A stretch of DNA of 60,133 bases, from NCBI GenBank assembly GCA_024278215.1, contig JAJRTR010000064.1:1-60133 (forward strand). The letters are read 5' to 3'. The notes under the pieces were generated by a model. That model was not told the origin of the DNA and made no database searches. It saw only the letters and a list, made by a program, of their open reading frames with translations. Of the stretch, positions 57,059 to 60,133 are shown in pieces. Made by a program: the position numbers and the translations under genes. The stretch comes from a bacterium (GTDB lineage Bacteria > UBP15 > UBA6099 > JAJRTR01). Numbering within the stretch: the first letter of the stretch is position 1; each line of letters begins with the position of its first letter.

Positions 57059-58864
57059 TCAGTTGTGCCCATACATTTCTTCGATCAGGTCTTTGTATTT
57101 CTCGAATACGATTTTCTTTTTCACTTTCAGCGTTGGTGTCAGTTCGCCCGAGTCGACTGTGAACTCGTGGTCGATAATCCTGAAATCTTTTATCGTTTCA
57201 TAATGGGGTATCGTCTTGTTCTTTTCCTCGACAGCTTTCCTTATTGTTTCTACGACGAGAGGATGCCGGGCCGTCGGCCGGCTGGCTTCGCTCCGGAGTT
57301 TGTGTTCATCCGCGAATGTCTCAAGTTCCTCACTGTTGACTGTAAACAGGGCCGTGAGGTACTTTTTGCCATCGCCGGTGATGACCGCCTGGCTGACAAG
57401 CGGGATCGAAGTGAAAAGATGTTCCAGTTTCTGCGGCGTAATATTCTTGCCTCCGGCGGTGATAAGAAGGTCCTTCTTGCGGCCCGTGACTTTCAGGTAG
57501 CCTTCCGCGTCGAACTCGCCTGTGTCGCCCGAAAGAAACCAGCCGTCCCGGAAGGCGGCCGCTGTCGCATCGGGATTTTTGAGGTATCCTTTGAAGACGT
57601 TCGGTCCCTTGATCATGATCTCGCCGTCGTCGGCGATCTCGACATCGCAATGCGGCATGAGTTTGCCGACTCTGCCGATACGTATCTCATCGGGCGGAAT
57701 GACGACGGCAGGTGCGCTGGTTTCCGTAAGCCCGTATGCCTGAATCATCGGCATGCCCGCGGCGCAGAAAAACGACTGCACTTGCTCGGACATCGGCGCG
57801 CCGCCTGAGCCGACCCACCGTATCCTGCCGCCGGCGACCGCCCTGATTTTTTCGAACACCAGGATGTCCGCGAGTTTCTTTTTCAGCGCGAGTCCCGCAG
57901 GCACGGGCTTTTTTCGACATTCGAGTTCGAAATGTTCTCGGCCCACATCGAGCGCCCAGGCGAATATTTTCTTTTTCAGCGGCGGCTCGTCCTTGATCTT
58001 CGCCTGCACTTTTTCGTAGATTTTTTCATATACGCGCGGGACGCCGATAAGTGTTGTCGGTCTGACTTCGGGCAGGTTTTCCGCCAGCGAATATACGCTC
58101 TCGGCGAAATTCACCACGCCGCCGACATTCAACGACATGTAGAAAACCATCCGCTCGAGCGCGTGCGCAAGGGGCAGGAAAGAGAGTGATTCGTCGTCGT
58201 CGTTGACTATGTTCATCTCGCCCGCGACATCACTGACATAGAGGGCGTTGCCGTGTGTGAGCATCGCGCCCTTGGGCGGTCCGGTCGTGCCGCTCGTGTA
58301 GATATACGTCAGCAAGTGTTCCGGGGCCAGCGCGTCGAGCCGTTGTCTGCGTTCGGCAACAATATCTTCACTCGCCTCTTCGCCCATTTTCAGAAAATCG
58401 TCGAAGCCCATCACCTTTTCGTGCGGTGCGACGCCTTCCATGTCGTAAACGATAATGTTTCTTATCTTCGGCAGCCTGTCGAGTCGCGCGAGCACCTTAT
58501 CGAGTTGTTTTTTGTTTTCGGCGAAAACCATCGGCACCTCGGCATGATCGAGCACATAGGCGACATCGTCGGGCGGCGAGGTCGGATATGCGGCGGTTGT
58601 CACGCTGCCCGCGGATATGATGCCGAGATCGGTGAATATCCATTCGACGCGGCTCTCGCTCAGGATGCCGACCGCCTCCGAGTCATTCACGCCGAGCTTT
58701 ATCAGAGCGCGGGCCGCCGCCTCTGTTTTTGTTTCCAGTTCTTTCCATGTGACAGGGACCCATTTGCCGCCGGCCTTGTGGCGCAGGAAGGTCCTGTCGC
58801 CGTATTTCTCAACCTTGTCGAGAAACATGTGATAAATACTTTTATACTTATGCCGATATGCCAT
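57059..58864 (-). CDS. long-chain fatty acid--CoA ligase (AMP-dependent)
   Basis: YTSGTTG.PKG.MLTH.N, FLPLAH.LER, GVPRVYEKI, YGLTET, GY.KNP.AT, GD.G, GRKKD, GGKNI.P, ELTPTLK.K. Confidence 0.93.
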   Translation of the reverse strand: MAYRHKYKSIYHMFLDKVEKYGDRTFLRHKAGGKWVPVTWKELETKTEAAARALIKLGVNDSEAVGILSESRVEWIFTDLGIISAGSVTTAAYPTSPPDDVAYVLDHAEVPMVFAENKKQLDKVLARLDRLPKIRNIIVYDMEGVAPHEKVMGFDDFLKMGEEASEDIVAERRQRLDALAPEHLLTYIYTSGTTGPPKGAMLTHGNALYVSDVAGEMNIVNDDDESLSFLPLAHALERMVFYMSLNVGGVVNFAESVYSLAENLPEVRPTTLIGVPRVYEKIYEKVQAKIKDEPPLKKKIFAWALDVGREHFELECRKKPVPAGLALKKKLADILVFEKIRAVAGGRIRWVGSGGAPMSEQVQSFFCAAGMPMIQAYGLTETSAPAVVIPPDEIRIGRVGKLMPHCDVEIADDGEIMIKGPNVFKGYLKNPDATAAAFRDGWFLSGDTGEFDAEGYLKVTGRKKDLLITAGGKNITPQKLEHLFTSIPLVSQAVITGDGKKYLTALFTVNSEELETFADEHKLRSEASRPTARHPLVVETIRKAVEEKNKTIPHYETIKDFRIIDHEFTVDSGELTPTLKVKKKIVFEKYKDLIEEMYGHN

Positions 58865-59232
58865 GCTGTCACCTTTCTGACGGTTATAAAGGTTGCGGCT
58901 GATAAACAAGGCGGAAAACTTTTAATATGCTGCCGATATGCCGTGTGTCGCCGGTTGCCGCCGTATGAAAAATGTATGGCTGAAACTTATATCTGGAAAT
59001 TATACCGCTTAAGGCAATATGTGTATAGATGGGTTTGTAAAAGGTATTGTCGTGTCAACAAAGAAAAAAATGTATCTGTCCGCAGGTAACTGTTCGCAAC
59101 GGTACATCAGAAATTCCTGGAATGCAACGACTGTGTCGTTGCAACGGTGAAGAAGTCGCATTTCGCAAAAACTGGCGTTTTTGTATTCCAAACTTTTCCG
59201 ATAGCGCTGATAAGGCGCAAAAATAGAGATTA

Positions 59233-59257
59233 TCATTCTGGGCGAAGCGAAGAATCT
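59233..59257. repeat. single REP-like unit TCATTCTGGGCGAAGCGAAGAATCT
   Basis: Resembles a widespread GTCATTCTGAGCGAAGCGAAGAATCT-type intergenic repeat (recalled); only one copy in the window. Confidence 0.45.
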
Positions 59258-59313
59258 CCGGTTGCATAAAGGGGTTTTAGCGTAAAGACACCGTGAACGG
59301 TTATGAAGTTTTA

Positions 59314-59940
59314 TTATTTCAACGCCTCGATAAGCTTCGTGACGGCATCCGCGACATCGTCGCTTTCTGTGATCGCGGAGACGACAGCCGCGCGCGTGAG
59401 TCCCGCGGCATTGAGTTCCGCCGCCTGCGCCGGGCCGATGCCGCCGAGCGGGAAGACCGGAATCGACAACTGATCGGCGACTTTTTTGACTTCGTCCACA
59501 CCGACCGGCGTGCGTGGCGCGGACGAGGAAGCTGTCTTGTAAACGGGACTGTATGTAATGAAGTCCGCGCCGTCTTTTTCAGCTTTTAAGGCTTCCGCCG
59601 GGTCATGGGCCGAATAGCCGATGATACCGCCGTCGAAAAGCCGCCGCCGGGCGGCGGGCAGAGCCATCGTGGCTTTCCCGATATGCACACCTTCCGCGCC
59701 CACCTGCACCGCGATGTCCGGTCGACCGTTGAGCAGCAGCATACAATTATATTTCCTGGTGATCCGCCGCAGTCTTATGGCATTAGTGATATAATCATCG
59801 TCGGCTATCATATACGGGCGATACTGCACAAGCCGCACACCGGCCGCCGCCGCTTTCTCGACTATCTCCTCGACCGGCCTGCCGCCGTTTCGTTCGTCGT
59901 CCGTTATAAGATAAAGGTTTACGTTGTCTACTGCGCCCAT
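59314..59940 (-). CDS. thiamine-phosphate synthase fold protein (ThiE/TenI family, TenI-like)
   Basis: LYLITD, VQYR, GVHIG, IGYSAH..EA, GADFI..SPVY.T, PVFPLGGI, AVVSAI. Confidence 0.85.
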   Translation of the reverse strand: MGAVDNVNLYLITDDERNGGRPVEEIVEKAAAAGVRLVQYRPYMIADDDYITNAIRLRRITRKYNCMLLLNGRPDIAVQVGAEGVHIGKATMALPAARRRLFDGGIIGYSAHDPAEALKAEKDGADFITYSPVYKTASSSAPRTPVGVDEVKKVADQLSIPVFPLGGIGPAQAAELNAAGLTRAAVVSAITESDDVADAVTKLIEALK

Positions 59941-60133
59941 TGCAAAATCTCCATACTGCAAATTATTTTTTCTTTTAACTGTGCTTTCCGAAGTGATAAC
60001 GCAGACAATATATTATAACTGGACAGTACCAAGTTTACCATCAAGCTGCAAGGCGAAAGTCAGGTAATCTACCAGGGTCGGCGTTTTCGAGGATGAATAA
60101 CGCAAGGTCGGCCTGATTATCCCCGGCAAAGAG

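Noticed and set aside
59941-60133. TPP riboswitch upstream of the thiE-like gene, or an ORF at the window end
   Set aside because: No CTGAGA/ACCTGAT...AGGGA TPP core; plus-strand frames are interrupted by stops and too short to call.

Overview
Chromosomal segment of a moderately GC-rich diderm bacterium. The diderm inference rests on MlaDEF, outer-membrane beta-barrels and a KdsD-like isomerase; the phylum cannot be assigned from sequence alone. Housekeeping and envelope genes: steA-like (partial), a DUF4198 + porin pair with a NikR-like box, mlaE/F/D, a divergent MreB-family actin, wecB, wecA/tagO, ACP + Re-citrate-synthase-family + pta, radical SAM, glyS, ppdK, mazG, coaE, pheS/pheT, ADP-ribosylglycohydrolase, EEP hydrolase, GT4, site-2 protease, acyl-CoA ligase and ThiE/TenI. 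There are two very large secreted proteins: a ~3550-aa M6 metalloprotease with 23 repeats of two types, and a 1407-aa protein with a T9SS/FlgD-like C-terminal domain next to a PorV-like barrel. The most unusual protein (54148-55467) appears to be a flagellin-derived D1 scaffold with an inserted vWA domain and no recognisable D0 ends. The intergenic DNA holds several dispersed non-coding repeat families: a ~178-bp ERIC/MITE-like element, REPIN-like doublets (two ~200-bp copies inverted around a 6.8-kb block) and two short hairpin families. No rRNA, tRNA, CRISPR array, transposase or integrase was recognised. All family assignments come from motif recognition by eye; no database searches were run.
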